NCBI GenBank assembly: GCA_002773535.1
Contig: PFAZ01000001.1
Coordinates: forward strand, 89,273 to 153,272
Source: Candidatus Harrisonbacteria bacterium CG10_big_fil_rev_8_21_14_0_10_40_38
Lineage (GTDB): Bacteria > Patescibacteriota > Minisyncoccia > UBA6257 > 1-14-0-10-40-38
DNA length: 64,000 nucleotides
Reading direction: 5' to 3'
The translations under genes and the position numbers were made by a program. The notes beneath the pieces are model-generated. The model searched no databases. It was given only the letters and a program-made list of their open reading frames with translations, and had not been told where the DNA came from. Shown here in pieces: positions 30,492-40,076 of this stretch; the first letter of the stretch is position 1, and each line of letters opens with the position of its first letter.

Positions 30492-30600
30492 AAAAAAGTG
30501 CCCCCCGTCTGTCGCTTCTCAACACAAGAAGCTATCTCCACATCTCAACTCCCGGTTCGATCATTGGGAAGCTAACGACGAAAAACAGACAAGGGGCAAT
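30491..30600 (-). ncRNA. candidate ~110-nt branched RNA
   Basis: closing stem TGCCCCTTGTCTGT/ACAGACGGGGGGCA, two inner hairpins, U-run. Confidence 0.55.
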
Positions 30601-30623
30601 CCTAAATTAAAACAAATCAAAAA

Positions 30624-31199
30624 ATGAGTAAAGTGAAAAACATCATGCGCTGCCCTTGGGTTCCTGACAAAAATCAGGAATATATTGATTATCATGACAA
30701 AGAATGGGGCGTGCCGGTGAAAGATGACGCAAAAATTTTTGAATTTCTAGTACTTGAAAGCGCGCAAGCTGGGCTCTCGTGGGCGATCGTATTAAAAAAA
30801 CGCGAAAATTATCGCAAAGCTTTTGCAAGCTTCGACCCCAAGAAAGTGGCAAAATTTTCCGAAAAAGAAATAAATAAACTCCTTCAAAACTCCGGCATCA
30901 TACGAAATCGCGCAAAGATAGAGGCGGCAATAACAAATGCAAAAAGATTTTTAGAAATTCAAAAAGAGTTTGGAACATTTTCCAAATACATGTGGCAGTT
31001 CGTAAAAAATAAGCCCATAAAACATAAGTTTAAAACCCTAAGAGATTATCCGGAAAAAATAAAAGAAGCAGAAGTCTTCTCGGCAGACCTCAAAAAGCGC
31101 GGGTTTAAATTTTTAGGACCCGTAATCTGCTACGCGCACATGCAGGCAATTGGCATGGTAAACGACCACACAACAAACTGCTTTAAATATAAAAAATAG
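30624..31199 (+). CDS. tag: DNA-3-methyladenine glycosylase I
   Basis: RCPW, YHDKEWG, QAGLSW, GMVNDH...C. Confidence 0.95.
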   Translation: MSKVKNIMRCPWVPDKNQEYIDYHDKEWGVPVKDDAKIFEFLVLESAQAGLSWAIVLKKRENYRKAFASFDPKKVAKFSEKEINKLLQNSGIIRNRAKIEAAITNAKRFLEIQKEFGTFSKYMWQFVKNKPIKHKFKTLRDYPEKIKEAEVFSADLKKRGFKFLGPVICYAHMQAIGMVNDHTTNCFKYKK

Positions 31200-31242
31200 C
31201 AAAAATCATAAAAACTTGTTAAGGTATATGACGCAATAAAAA

Positions 31243-31923
31243 ATGGATTCTGAAGGGAAAAAATACAGTGGAAAAGAGTTGTGGAGCATTGGCATAGCAA
31301 CTATATTGGTTGTCGCGGCCATATTTTTGGTTGCGCTTTTCAAAACAAACGAAATCCCCAGCGAAAACATAAACACTTCAGATTGGGAAACATACGAAAG
31401 TCCGGAGTTCAATTTTTCTATTCGATACCCTAAAGATTGGCAAATATCCGAGTTTCCCGAAAATCCGATCTCACCAACTTTCAATATTTATCCAAAAAAC
31501 ATTACAGACGATCCCCCATTTAACCACTTCAATTTAATTCCAAATGTTTCAATATTCCCTCAAGGCGTTCCCACAGAAGGCGTCATAGGGACAAATGTTC
31601 CAAGTGATATAATATTTTCTGAAGAAACAAACAGAGCAATAGATTTTCTTATGGAAAACGGCAAAAGCTGGGCCACTTACACCTCTTTTCTTAATCTCCC
31701 AAAAAACTGGAGTTCTGACGGGTTTGTATGGGCAAGAGTAAAAATAACCGACTTTTCAGTAAGTTGTGAAAGAGATGGTAGAGAAATAAATCTTACGGAA
31801 TGTAATACTTTTACAGGCCACGACCACTATATTTATCGAGGTGAAACAGATGAAGAAGTAAGAAAAATCGAAGAAGCGATGCTAAAATCTTTTAAATTTT
31901 TAAAAGAAACAAACAATCAGTAA
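31243..31923 (+). CDS. membrane-anchored PsbP-like exported protein
   Basis: TM anchor; WETYESPEFNFSIRYPKDW; MLKSFKF. Confidence 0.7.
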   Translation: MDSEGKKYSGKELWSIGIATILVVAAIFLVALFKTNEIPSENINTSDWETYESPEFNFSIRYPKDWQISEFPENPISPTFNIYPKNITDDPPFNHFNLIPNVSIFPQGVPTEGVIGTNVPSDIIFSEETNRAIDFLMENGKSWATYTSFLNLPKNWSSDGFVWARVKITDFSVSCERDGREINLTECNTFTGHDHYIYRGETDEEVRKIEEAMLKSFKFLKETNNQ

Positions 31924-32222
31924 CAAAATAAACTTCTCAAGCGTTATAGAAAGTAGAGAGTGATGGAAACGAGCGATCCGAAATTATTTTCAGAGAATTC
32001 AGAAAAAATTTCCATGCAGCCGGACTGTGGCATAGAATTTTAGTGGGCCTTACCAGAGCTCACTCCTCCCAGGAGTAAAGGGGGAAGTCACGCGGTGACG
32101 CACCGCAAAATTAAACCCACCACCTGGGGAAAAAGGCAAAAAAAGACCACAGACACGCTGAAGGGCGCAGCACATGCGCTCTTTTATATTGGCTAAAAAA
32201 TAAAAGCACCTCATTCCAACAT

Positions 32223-32840
32223 TTAGGAAGAAGTGCTTTTTTTGGGTACAATTTTTGACCGCGGATTCTGCCAACGCGTTCTTGCTCTTCGATTTTCCGA
32301 GATTTTTAAATCATTTTTTTCTAGCCACTTCGGATGCTGTAAGCCTATTCTACGAATCGCCCTCAATCGCACAAAGCTTACATATCGATGAGTCAAAGAA
32401 AGAGAGTGGCCTATCTCGATATCAGAAAGACCGGCAAGTCCAAGTTCGAATACTGCCCTAGCATTCCCTGGTTTTGCTTTTTGAATTAGAGAATTCACTA
32501 AGTCACAATCAATTACATGCTTTTCATCAGAAAAACCACAAGAAATATCAGACCCCCCTTCAAGCGGCTCCGTAACCAGTTTAGCCAAACATTCACTCTG
32601 TCGAAGGTATTCTAATATCCGATTTTTCACAACCCCAAAAACCCAAGCGAAAACTGTTTTCCTGAAATCACCACCTCCGAGTCTCTCAAGAAATCTTGGA
32701 AGAGATTTAGTAATCTGCAAAAAAATATCTTGAAAGACATCATCGCGGTCACAAGGTGTTGTAGACTTATTGATCCTTGACCAGACAAAATCAGTATGAT
32801 TCTCCCAGATAAACTCAAAAACCTCATCACGCGTCGCCAT
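32223..32840 (-). CDS. ECF-type RNA polymerase sigma factor (cassette)
   Basis: region 2 DDVFQDIFL..FAWVFGVVKNRILEYLR; region-4-like HTH; GAGGAGG SD. Confidence 0.75.
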   Translation of the reverse strand: MATRDEVFEFIWENHTDFVWSRINKSTTPCDRDDVFQDIFLQITKSLPRFLERLGGGDFRKTVFAWVFGVVKNRILEYLRQSECLAKLVTEPLEGGSDISCGFSDEKHVIDCDLVNSLIQKAKPGNARAVFELGLAGLSDIEIGHSLSLTHRYVSFVRLRAIRRIGLQHPKWLEKNDLKISENRRARTRWQNPRSKIVPKKSTSS

Positions 32841-32917
32841 TTCTACCCCTCCTCAAATTGTCAAAGAAAAACGCCTATAAAATAGAAAACTTTAAAGCGA
32901 ATTAAATTGTAACAAAA

Positions 32918-34114
32918 CTATTTTGCTCTTTTCAAATAAGACCCCCTAATAGCTCTATGATACGATATTGCAAACCTATGCGCCTCATCGCGTACTGCGA
33001 CAAGATTTTTTTCAGAAAAACCGGAAGGAATACTCCCAACAAATTCATTCTTCTTTCGTTTTGGGCCTTTTGCTATGCCAATAATAGGCACTTTAACACC
33101 CGCCTCCCCGATTATCTCCCGAGCCGCATTTACCTGTCCTATCCCACCATCTATCAAAACAAGATCAGGTATAGGCCAGTCAGAATGAGAAAATCTTCTT
33201 CGTAAAACTTCTTTAAGCATCCCGACATCGTTCGACTGGCGTATAGTTCTTATCTTAAATTTCCTATATTCGTTTTTGTTAGGTTTCCCACCGCTAAAAA
33301 CAATCATAGACCCGACCGCAGAAGTTCCAGAAATATTCGATATATCATAACCCTCGATTCTGGCATTAGAAAGCTCTTCTCCCGTATCCAGGCCATCCTC
33401 ATTTATAAGAGCAACATCCTGAATGTGCCTTAGCGCAAATATTTGTTTTCGCAACTCCCCCGCTTTTTCAAATTCGAGGCTGTCACTCGCTACTTTCATA
33501 TCCTTTTCAAGACTGGTTATAAGCCTTCGTTTTTTGCCCTGAAAAATAAGTTTTATATTCTCAATATTTTTCTTGTAGTCTTTTTTAGAAATAGCGCCGA
33601 CACACGTCCCTGGGCAAAGCCCTATTTGATAATCAAAACACGCCTTTCCGTCGCCGGCTTTGTGCATAGAATACGGAAAAATTTTTCGTAGCATGTGAAG
33701 TACAAGTCTTATGCTCCTACCAGAAAGAAACGGACCAAATCTAGTTCCTGTAGCTAGACTCTTTCCTCTCACAAGTAAGATTCTCGGAAAATCCTCACGT
33801 GTAAACTCGACATACAAGAAACTTTTATCATCCTTTTCCAAAACATTAAATGGTGGCTGATATTTTTTGATAAGATTCGCCTCCAGTATGAGCGCCTCAA
33901 GAGCCGTATCGGTTTCTTCAAAATCAATAGACTTTATTTGAGAAACCATTTTCTCAATTCGCGCAGACTGTGGGCGCGAAAAATAACTGGATACTCTTCT
34001 TCTTAGGTTTCCAGCTTTACCAATATACAAAATCCGTCCTTTGGTGTCCTTCATAAAGTACACCCCGGGGTTTTCGGAAATATGAGAATAAATTTTTTTC
34101 TTATCTTCTTTCAT
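32918..34114 (-). CDS. uvrC: excinuclease ABC subunit C (no C-terminal HhH)
   Basis: GVY..YIGKA, UVR domain, EGYDIS, IDGGIGQ, RDEAHRFA. Confidence 0.93.
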   Translation of the reverse strand: MKEDKKKIYSHISENPGVYFMKDTKGRILYIGKAGNLRRRVSSYFSRPQSARIEKMVSQIKSIDFEETDTALEALILEANLIKKYQPPFNVLEKDDKSFLYVEFTREDFPRILLVRGKSLATGTRFGPFLSGRSIRLVLHMLRKIFPYSMHKAGDGKACFDYQIGLCPGTCVGAISKKDYKKNIENIKLIFQGKKRRLITSLEKDMKVASDSLEFEKAGELRKQIFALRHIQDVALINEDGLDTGEELSNARIEGYDISNISGTSAVGSMIVFSGGKPNKNEYRKFKIRTIRQSNDVGMLKEVLRRRFSHSDWPIPDLVLIDGGIGQVNAAREIIGEAGVKVPIIGIAKGPKRKKNEFVGSIPSGFSEKNLVAVRDEAHRFAISYHRAIRGSYLKRAK

Positions 34115-34177
34115 AAAACCTCTCCACGATTATAACAACATACCCCTCCGAGCAGCACTGCTCAAAGGGGTACTAGA

Positions 34178-34537
34178 TTACGTTCGAAATTGTCTTCGGT
34201 CAATCCAAGAACGGAAATCCATTTCTCGCTTCGATAAATCCGCAGATATAAATGAATAAACATGACAATCAATTGCGCGATCCAAAGCAACATTCTCTCC
34301 GTAACAAATAGCGAACTCATGCTCTTTCTGAAAAACATAACAGCCTGAACACTCAAGAATATGAGTTCCGATAACAACACGTTCATCGTCAAGATTTATT
34401 ATGCAATGCTCAATCGTCAGTAAATATCCTGCGACATTTACATTGTGATTCAACCCCTTGGCAATCACACTAATTTCACAAAGATTGGCTTCGGCGCACA
34501 ACCTGCTAAAAGCTTCAAAGTTAGGATTCTCGTCCAT
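34178..34537 (-). CDS. hypothetical protein (cassette)
   Basis: TTTACA-17-TAGACT, GGAG SD, terminator 34141-34172. Confidence 0.6.
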   Translation of the reverse strand: MDENPNFEAFSRLCAEANLCEISVIAKGLNHNVNVAGYLLTIEHCIINLDDERVVIGTHILECSGCYVFQKEHEFAICYGENVALDRAIDCHVYSFISADLSKREMDFRSWIDRRQFRT

Positions 34538-34654
34538 GCGAGTTCTCCAAAAGTGGGTTTGAAAAGAACAACGGCAGTCTACATAAAATTAAAAACATTG
34601 TAAATATCCACACATAAAAATTTGCGATAATTTAGTAAAAAAGTTAATCTGAAA

Positions 34655-34772
34655 TCAGCATTCGGACATAAGGGAGGCGGTCTCAAAAATCTAAAAGCAG
34701 CAAGAAGGAACCCCTCCTTTATCGATACCCTCGCCGAGACATGCTAGATCTCGGCGAGGGGTTTTCTTTTTT
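34655..34772 (+). ncRNA. candidate ~115-nt RNA
   Basis: TTGCGA-17-TAATCT, stem ATAAGGGAGG/CCTCCTTTAT, strong terminator CCCTCGCCGAGA/TCTCGGCGAGGG. Confidence 0.5.
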
Positions 34773-34790
34773 TAAAAAAACCGCGCCCAT

Positions 34791-34890
34791 ATTTTCAGTT
34801 ATTAGTCGTCAGTCGTAAGTTCCTAGTCGCTACCCACTAACCCATCTAATTCCTAGTGGCTTAAATTAGTTTTCAGTTTTCTGTTTCAAG
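34791..34890 (+). repeat. composite 7-mer tract
   Basis: TTTTCAG TTATTAG TCGTCAG TCGTAAG TTCCTAG ... TTTTCAG TTTTCTG TTTCAAG. Confidence 0.8.
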
Positions 34891-37468
34891 TCTTTAGTAT
34901 CCTCCTAAGATATTCCCCCGTAAAACTTTTCCCTGTTTTAGCTATCTGCTCTGGCGTCCCTTCCGCAATTATTTTTCCTCCCTTGTCTCCTCCTTCGGGC
35001 CCAAGGTCAATGACCCAATCAGCAGATTTTATTACATCAAGATTGTGTTCGATAACAACAACGCTGTTTCCACGCTCAACAAGCCTGTTTAAAACATCAA
35101 GGAGTTTTTGAACATCGGCAAAATGAAGTCCGGTAGTCGGTTCATCAAAAAGATAAATTGTTCGGTGCGTATCACGCTTTCCAAGTTCCGCAGAAAGCTT
35201 AATGCGTTGCGCCTCACCGCCAGATAATGTCGTCGCAGATTGTCCAAGTTCAAGATAGCCCAAGCCAACTTCTTCTAAAATTTTAAGCCTGTCGTGCAAC
35301 CAAGGAACATCATAAAAAAAAGTTACAGCCTCCTCAACGGTCATTTTAAGAACCTCATGAATATTTTTCCTATTCTTATCTTTCCCTCTTCGATCAAGAC
35401 CGGAAGTAGTCGATGGGCCATAAGTAACTTCTAAAGTCTCGCGGTCAAATCTTTTACCACGGCAAACATCACACTCAACATAAACCGTTGGTAAAAAATG
35501 CATTTCAATCGCGATTACTCCATGTCCCTCGCAGTTTTCACATCGCCCTCCTTTTACGTTGAAGCTAAATCTCCCCGGTTTATATCCTCTCACTCTCGCC
35601 TCTTCAGTAGAAGCAAAAAGATCACGAATATACGTCCACGCGCCTACGTAAGTTGCAGGGTTTGATCTAGGCGTCCTTCCGATCGCCGACTGATCAATGT
35701 TTATAACCCGATTCAAATTCTCCAGACCGGAAAGTGAGCTCATCTCCGCTGTCTTATATTTTGTATAGTTAAATTTGTTTGAAAGCGAACGATAAAGAAC
35801 GTCATAAAGAAGAGTGCTTTTCCCAGAACCAGAAACACCCGTTATAGCCACAAATCTTTTAAGAGGTATCTTTGCGGTAACTCCTTTCAGGTTATTTATA
35901 TTAATATTTTTCGCTACTAAAAACGGATGATCTTTCTTTAGCTTCCTCCTTTCAGACGGAACAGCTATCATCTGTTTTCCACGAAGATAATCAAGTGTCG
36001 GTGAATGTTGCTTCGTATCTTTCAAAAGCGCTGGCATCGGCCCAGCAGCAACCACGTGTCCTCCGTGAACACCAGCTCCGGGCCCGATATCTACTAGATA
36101 ATCAGATGCCCTGATTGTATCTTCGTCGTGTTCAACGACAAGGATTGAGTTCCCAAGATCACGAAGTTCTAGAAGCGTATTTATTAGTTTTGCGTTATCT
36201 CTTTGGTGTAGGCCAATGGTCGGTTCATCAAGAACATAAAGCGCTCCAACAAGTCGGGAGCCAATCTGCGATGCCAACCTTATTCTCTGCGCTTCACCTC
36301 CAGAGAGAGTCCCCGCCTTTCGGTTTAAAGTAAGATACTCAAGCCCAACATCGTACATAAACTTAAGTCGGCTCTGAATCTCGCGAAGCGGAACCTCTGC
36401 AATAGCGAGTATATTTTGCGCATCCTGCTGCCTCTTCAATGAAAACTTCTTTTTAAAAGATTCAAAAAATTCAGTCGCCTCCGATATAGAAAAACCCGTA
36501 ACCGAAGCAATATTTTTTCCATCAATTAAAACATTTAACGCTTCAGGCTTTAGTCTTCGCCCCTCGCATGCTTTACAAATATTATCCGAAAAAAGATCTT
36601 CAGTCCCAAGACCGTGGCAAGTTTCACATGCTCCAAATGGACTATTAAATGAAAAAAGTCTCGGTTCGATTTCCGGAAAAGAAAATCCATCTCTAGGACA
36701 AGTAAACTTTGTCGAAAAAGACGCTTCGCGATCAGTCACGATTGTCGCAACTCCTTTGCCATATTTGAGCGCATTCTCAACTGCCTCCGAAACGCGCAAA
36801 CGACTATCCTTACTCGAAAAGTCGAGCATGCCGGGCATCCTATCTACCACAAGCTCAATCGTATGCATTTTATATCGCGCGATATCTATCCTGTCATGAA
36901 GCGAAATATATTCCCTATCAATCCTCGCTTCCGAAAAACCGGCATTCAAAAGATCATACAAAAGCTGAAAGTGTTCACCCTTTCGGCCCTGAACAACCGG
37001 CGCCAAAATAACAAGATTTTTTCCTTTGCCGGTTTTTGCAAAATCAATCGCAATATCCACTATCTCCTCGTTTGTAAGCCGCCTTATCTCTTCTCCGCAA
37101 TCAGGGCAGTGTGGAACACCGGCGCGAGCAAAAAGTACCCGAAGATAATCATATATCTCGGTTATCGTAGCAACTGTAGAACGAGGATTTGCGCTATGAC
37201 TTTTTTGGTCAATGGAAATTGCAGGCGAAAGCCCCTCAATCTCATCAACATCGGGTTTATCAAGCTTTCCTAAAAATTGCCTCGCATACGCAGAAAGCGA
37301 CTCAATATATCGCCTCTGCCCTTCGGCAAAAATTGTATCAAACGCAAGTGAAGACTTCCCAGAACCAGAAAGACCCGTAAACACAACCAGTTTATCCCTC
37401 GGAATCTCGAGTGAAATATTTTTCAGGTTATGTTGCCGCGCTCCTTTGATTTTGATTTTATTTTGCAT
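34886..37468 (-). CDS. uvrA: excinuclease ABC subunit A
   Basis: two ABC cassettes ([16 protein letters not shown]), LSGGEAQR twice, zinc fingers. Confidence 0.97.
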   Translation of the reverse strand: MQNKIKIKGARQHNLKNISLEIPRDKLVVFTGLSGSGKSSLAFDTIFAEGQRRYIESLSAYARQFLGKLDKPDVDEIEGLSPAISIDQKSHSANPRSTVATITEIYDYLRVLFARAGVPHCPDCGEEIRRLTNEEIVDIAIDFAKTGKGKNLVILAPVVQGRKGEHFQLLYDLLNAGFSEARIDREYISLHDRIDIARYKMHTIELVVDRMPGMLDFSSKDSRLRVSEAVENALKYGKGVATIVTDREASFSTKFTCPRDGFSFPEIEPRLFSFNSPFGACETCHGLGTEDLFSDNICKACEGRRLKPEALNVLIDGKNIASVTGFSISEATEFFESFKKKFSLKRQQDAQNILAIAEVPLREIQSRLKFMYDVGLEYLTLNRKAGTLSGGEAQRIRLASQIGSRLVGALYVLDEPTIGLHQRDNAKLINTLLELRDLGNSILVVEHDEDTIRASDYLVDIGPGAGVHGGHVVAAGPMPALLKDTKQHSPTLDYLRGKQMIAVPSERRKLKKDHPFLVAKNININNLKGVTAKIPLKRFVAITGVSGSGKSTLLYDVLYRSLSNKFNYTKYKTAEMSSLSGLENLNRVINIDQSAIGRTPRSNPATYVGAWTYIRDLFASTEEARVRGYKPGRFSFNVKGGRCENCEGHGVIAIEMHFLPTVYVECDVCRGKRFDRETLEVTYGPSTTSGLDRRGKDKNRKNIHEVLKMTVEEAVTFFYDVPWLHDRLKILEEVGLGYLELGQSATTLSGGEAQRIKLSAELGKRDTHRTIYLFDEPTTGLHFADVQKLLDVLNRLVERGNSVVVIEHNLDVIKSADWVIDLGPEGGDKGGKIIAEGTPEQIAKTGKSFTGEYLRRILKT

Positions 37469-37635
37469 ATCACTTATTCGTTAATTCATTATTCTTAATT
37501 CATAATTCAAAAAACTTAATCTACTAAATTAAGAACAAAAAATATAGATTTTATTCCTTTACACCACAGAATGACCCCAATCCGTCTTTAGGGGTTGTCA
37601 CAAAAAGTAACACAAAATCCGCTTATCGTAAAACC

Positions 37636-38403
37636 CTACAAAACAAAAATCAAAAACAAAATCGCAACCAAAATGCGATAAACTCCAAACGCCTTAAAGT
37701 CGTGTATCCGCACAAATTTTAAAAGAAATCTTACCGAAATAAGCGCGAATACAAACGAAACCACAAACCCGACCCCAAGCATCAAAAACTCATTAAAACT
37801 AAAATCAAACCCGCTCTTCAGTAAATCAAATCCCGTCGCCGCCGCCATAGTGGGTACCGCAAGGAGAAACGAAAACAAAACCGCCGCCTCACGTGAAAGC
37901 CCTAAAAACCTCGCGCCTATTATTGTAGCGGCGGATCGTGAAACCCCTGGCACTATAGCGAGCGATTGAATAACCCCAATCAAAACCGCGTTTGGATATT
38001 TCAGTTTTTCAATCTCCTCGCCTACTTCTTTTTTCTTCAAAATATTTTCAAGAAATATTAAAACCACTCCACCAATCAAAAGCGCAAAAACAACTACATA
38101 AGCACTGCCCAATAAAAATCCTTTTACAAAAGGATATAAAATAAACCCAATAATAGCAGTCGGCAAAAATGCGAGCGCAATTCTCACAATCGTTTTTTTA
38201 TCCTGAAAAAGATATTTTGGAAACAAAACCACAACTGCGAGGATGGCTCCAAGCTGTATCGCTATTTCAAATGAACTCAAAAACTCGCTTGAGGGAATCG
38301 TCAAAAGTTTTGAAGCAAGTATCAGGTGTCCCGTAGAAGATATCGGCAAAAATTCCGTAAACCCTTCGATAATCGCCAAAACAATCGTATAAAAAATATT
38401 CAT
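37636..38403 (-). CDS. uppP: undecaprenyl-diphosphatase
   Basis: EFLPISSTGHL, PGVSRSAAT. Confidence 0.95.
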   Translation of the reverse strand: MNIFYTIVLAIIEGFTEFLPISSTGHLILASKLLTIPSSEFLSSFEIAIQLGAILAVVVLFPKYLFQDKKTIVRIALAFLPTAIIGFILYPFVKGFLLGSAYVVVFALLIGGVVLIFLENILKKKEVGEEIEKLKYPNAVLIGVIQSLAIVPGVSRSAATIIGARFLGLSREAAVLFSFLLAVPTMAAATGFDLLKSGFDFSFNEFLMLGVGFVVSFVFALISVRFLLKFVRIHDFKAFGVYRILVAILFLIFVL

Positions 38404-38531
38404 AACTAAATTATAACCAAATTAAAATCATAAAAATAACTAACTCTACACAGAAAGCGCATCTCGCCCACACTCACCTATCACTCACTTTTTTTATCAC
38501 CTTTTTCACCAACCATTATCCATTTCCACTC

Positions 38532-38569
38532 ACCTAACAATTTTTGACGATCGTCAAAAATTGTTAGGT
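38532..38569. repeat. perfect 38-bp palindrome (copy 1)
   Basis: ACCTAACAATTTTTGACGATCGTCAAAAATTGTTAGGT. Confidence 0.95.
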
Positions 38570-38679
38570 AAATTATTAAGTAAGCAGTAAAAGATTAAAA
38601 ATCTAAAGTTGGCAAAATAAAAAAAGAATCGCCCCCTAAATCGGGGGCGTCCTAAAAGCGAGTAAGTGATTTTTCCGAA

Positions 38680-38877
38680 TCAGTGGGTGGTTCCTCGAGA
38701 CCGAGCATCCTCTCTACACTTTTTGCGAAGAAATCTGAAAAAATCTTTCTCCTCGCTTTCGTCAAGATCAACAGCTATTCGATCAGCTTCGTCTATCAAA
38801 GCCTCCGCATCAATATCACTTCTCTTCATAAAAGCATCGATTTCCGCACAGGCATCTTCTAGTCTATTGCTTGACAT
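38680..38877 (-). CDS. small hypothetical protein
   Basis: AAGGAG SD, helical composition, last gene of a 3-gene cassette. Confidence 0.6.
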   Translation of the reverse strand: MSSNRLEDACAEIDAFMKRSDIDAEALIDEADRIAVDLDESEEKDFFRFLRKKCREDARSRGTTH

Positions 38878-38908
38878 ATCAAGCTCCTTTCGGCTTTGAG
38901 GAAAATCA

Positions 38909-39100
38909 CTATTTTCCTTTTGGCTTCGGAAATTTTTCTGACATCAGTTTTTTAAAGGTTTGGAAAACAATTTCTTCATATTTCCCAAACTTTTTCATAA
39001 TTGCATCAATACCATCAATACATGAATCGCGAGTAGCACCCACTTTTTCAAACATTGCGTGAACCGCGTGAATCGCTCTTTTCTTCATAGAATCACCCAT
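38909..39100 (-). CDS. small hypothetical protein
   Basis: GGAGG SD before ATG 39100. Confidence 0.55.
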   Translation of the reverse strand: MGDSMKKRAIHAVHAMFEKVGATRDSCIDGIDAIMKKFGKYEEIVFQTFKKLMSEKFPKPKGK

Positions 39101-39111
39101 CAAAAACCTCC

Positions 39112-39661
39112 TCATCTCCTTTCATTGAGTGCTATCCGTTTCTCTTTCATCCTTTTCTCGAGAGACGGAATGTAGTAGGAAAGAATCTCAAGTGGAGTGG
39201 CAACGAGCCACTGCCACAACTTATCCCTGAAGCTCCTCTTGAAAGTCAAAGGGAATCACAGCAACTCTTATTCTCCCAAACACACGCCTTGCAAGAAACT
39301 CCACCTTAAAAGCACGAATGCTATCACAAAAAATCAATACACAGATATCGTCTGGGACGAGATATTTTTGAGCAATCGCCGCCCTCACAATCACGTTTGA
39401 GCCGGTCAAGTTACCCAACGTTGTTACCGCTCCTACCTCCTCAACAATCTCATTACTAACGCCGCAACGCTGAAGAACATTCTTCATCAGTCCTGCTTCA
39501 GAAACACTCGATGTTGCAATATTCGTAAGCCCGCCGGATACAACAACAAAGTCAATTTCACTTTCATTGTATTTGATTATATCGCCGGCATTCCTCAAAT
39601 ATGCTTCATATTTCTCAGTAAGATGACACCCGTATCCGCAGACAATCACGACTTTTGACAA
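39112..39661 (-). pseudogene. frameshifted DUF218/ElyC/SanA-like gene
   Basis: VVVSGG, SEAGLM, TTLGN; another frame continues KRSFRDKLWQWLVATPLEILSYY...ERR* after about 39240. Confidence 0.65.
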
Positions 39662-39749
39662 GACTCTCTCCCTTCAGGAAAGAAGAAAATGTAAAAACTG
39701 CTAATTTGAAAATAAAATAAATCAAAACATTTGTAAATAATACAAAAAC

Positions 39750-39915
39750 AAAAAAAGCCGCTGCTAGAAATTGAAACGCCAGTCCCCAAAACAAGCTCGG
39801 CACTCACTTTGAGGTGTTTCAATCTCTAGCAACGACGGAGCTATTACAAGTGACAGTTCGCGACCCCGTTTAGGCGCGGAATTACCTAACAGAGAAACTA
39901 TCACCTGTAACAACA
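39750..39915 (-). ncRNA. candidate ~165-nt two-hairpin RNA
   Basis: TTGACA-16-TAGTAT; stems TTACAGGTGATAGTT/AACTGTCACTTGTAA and GCTAGAGATTGAAACACC/GGCGTTTCAATTTCTAGC; U-run. Confidence 0.6.
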
Positions 39916-39978
39916 AACACCATACTAATCAATAGAAAAAAATTGTCAACTACCCCAAAAAAACCACACCCAAACACC

Positions 39979-40016
39979 ACCTAACAATTTTTGACGATCA
40001 TCTAAAATTGTTAGGT
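39979..40016. repeat. 38-bp palindrome (copy 2, two mismatches)
   Basis: ACCTAACAATTTTTGACGATCATCTAAAATTGTTAGGT. Confidence 0.9.
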
Positions 40017-40076
40017 AAAGAAAAACGCCTCAGAACAAGTCCGAGGCGTGAAGGCCATCGCAGAAAAAACCAAAAA

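Noticed and set aside
38532-38569. dif site or canonical integron attC
   Set aside because: No XerC/XerD arm consensus; too short and too perfectly paired for canonical attC; no intI in the window (kept as a finding under another interpretation)
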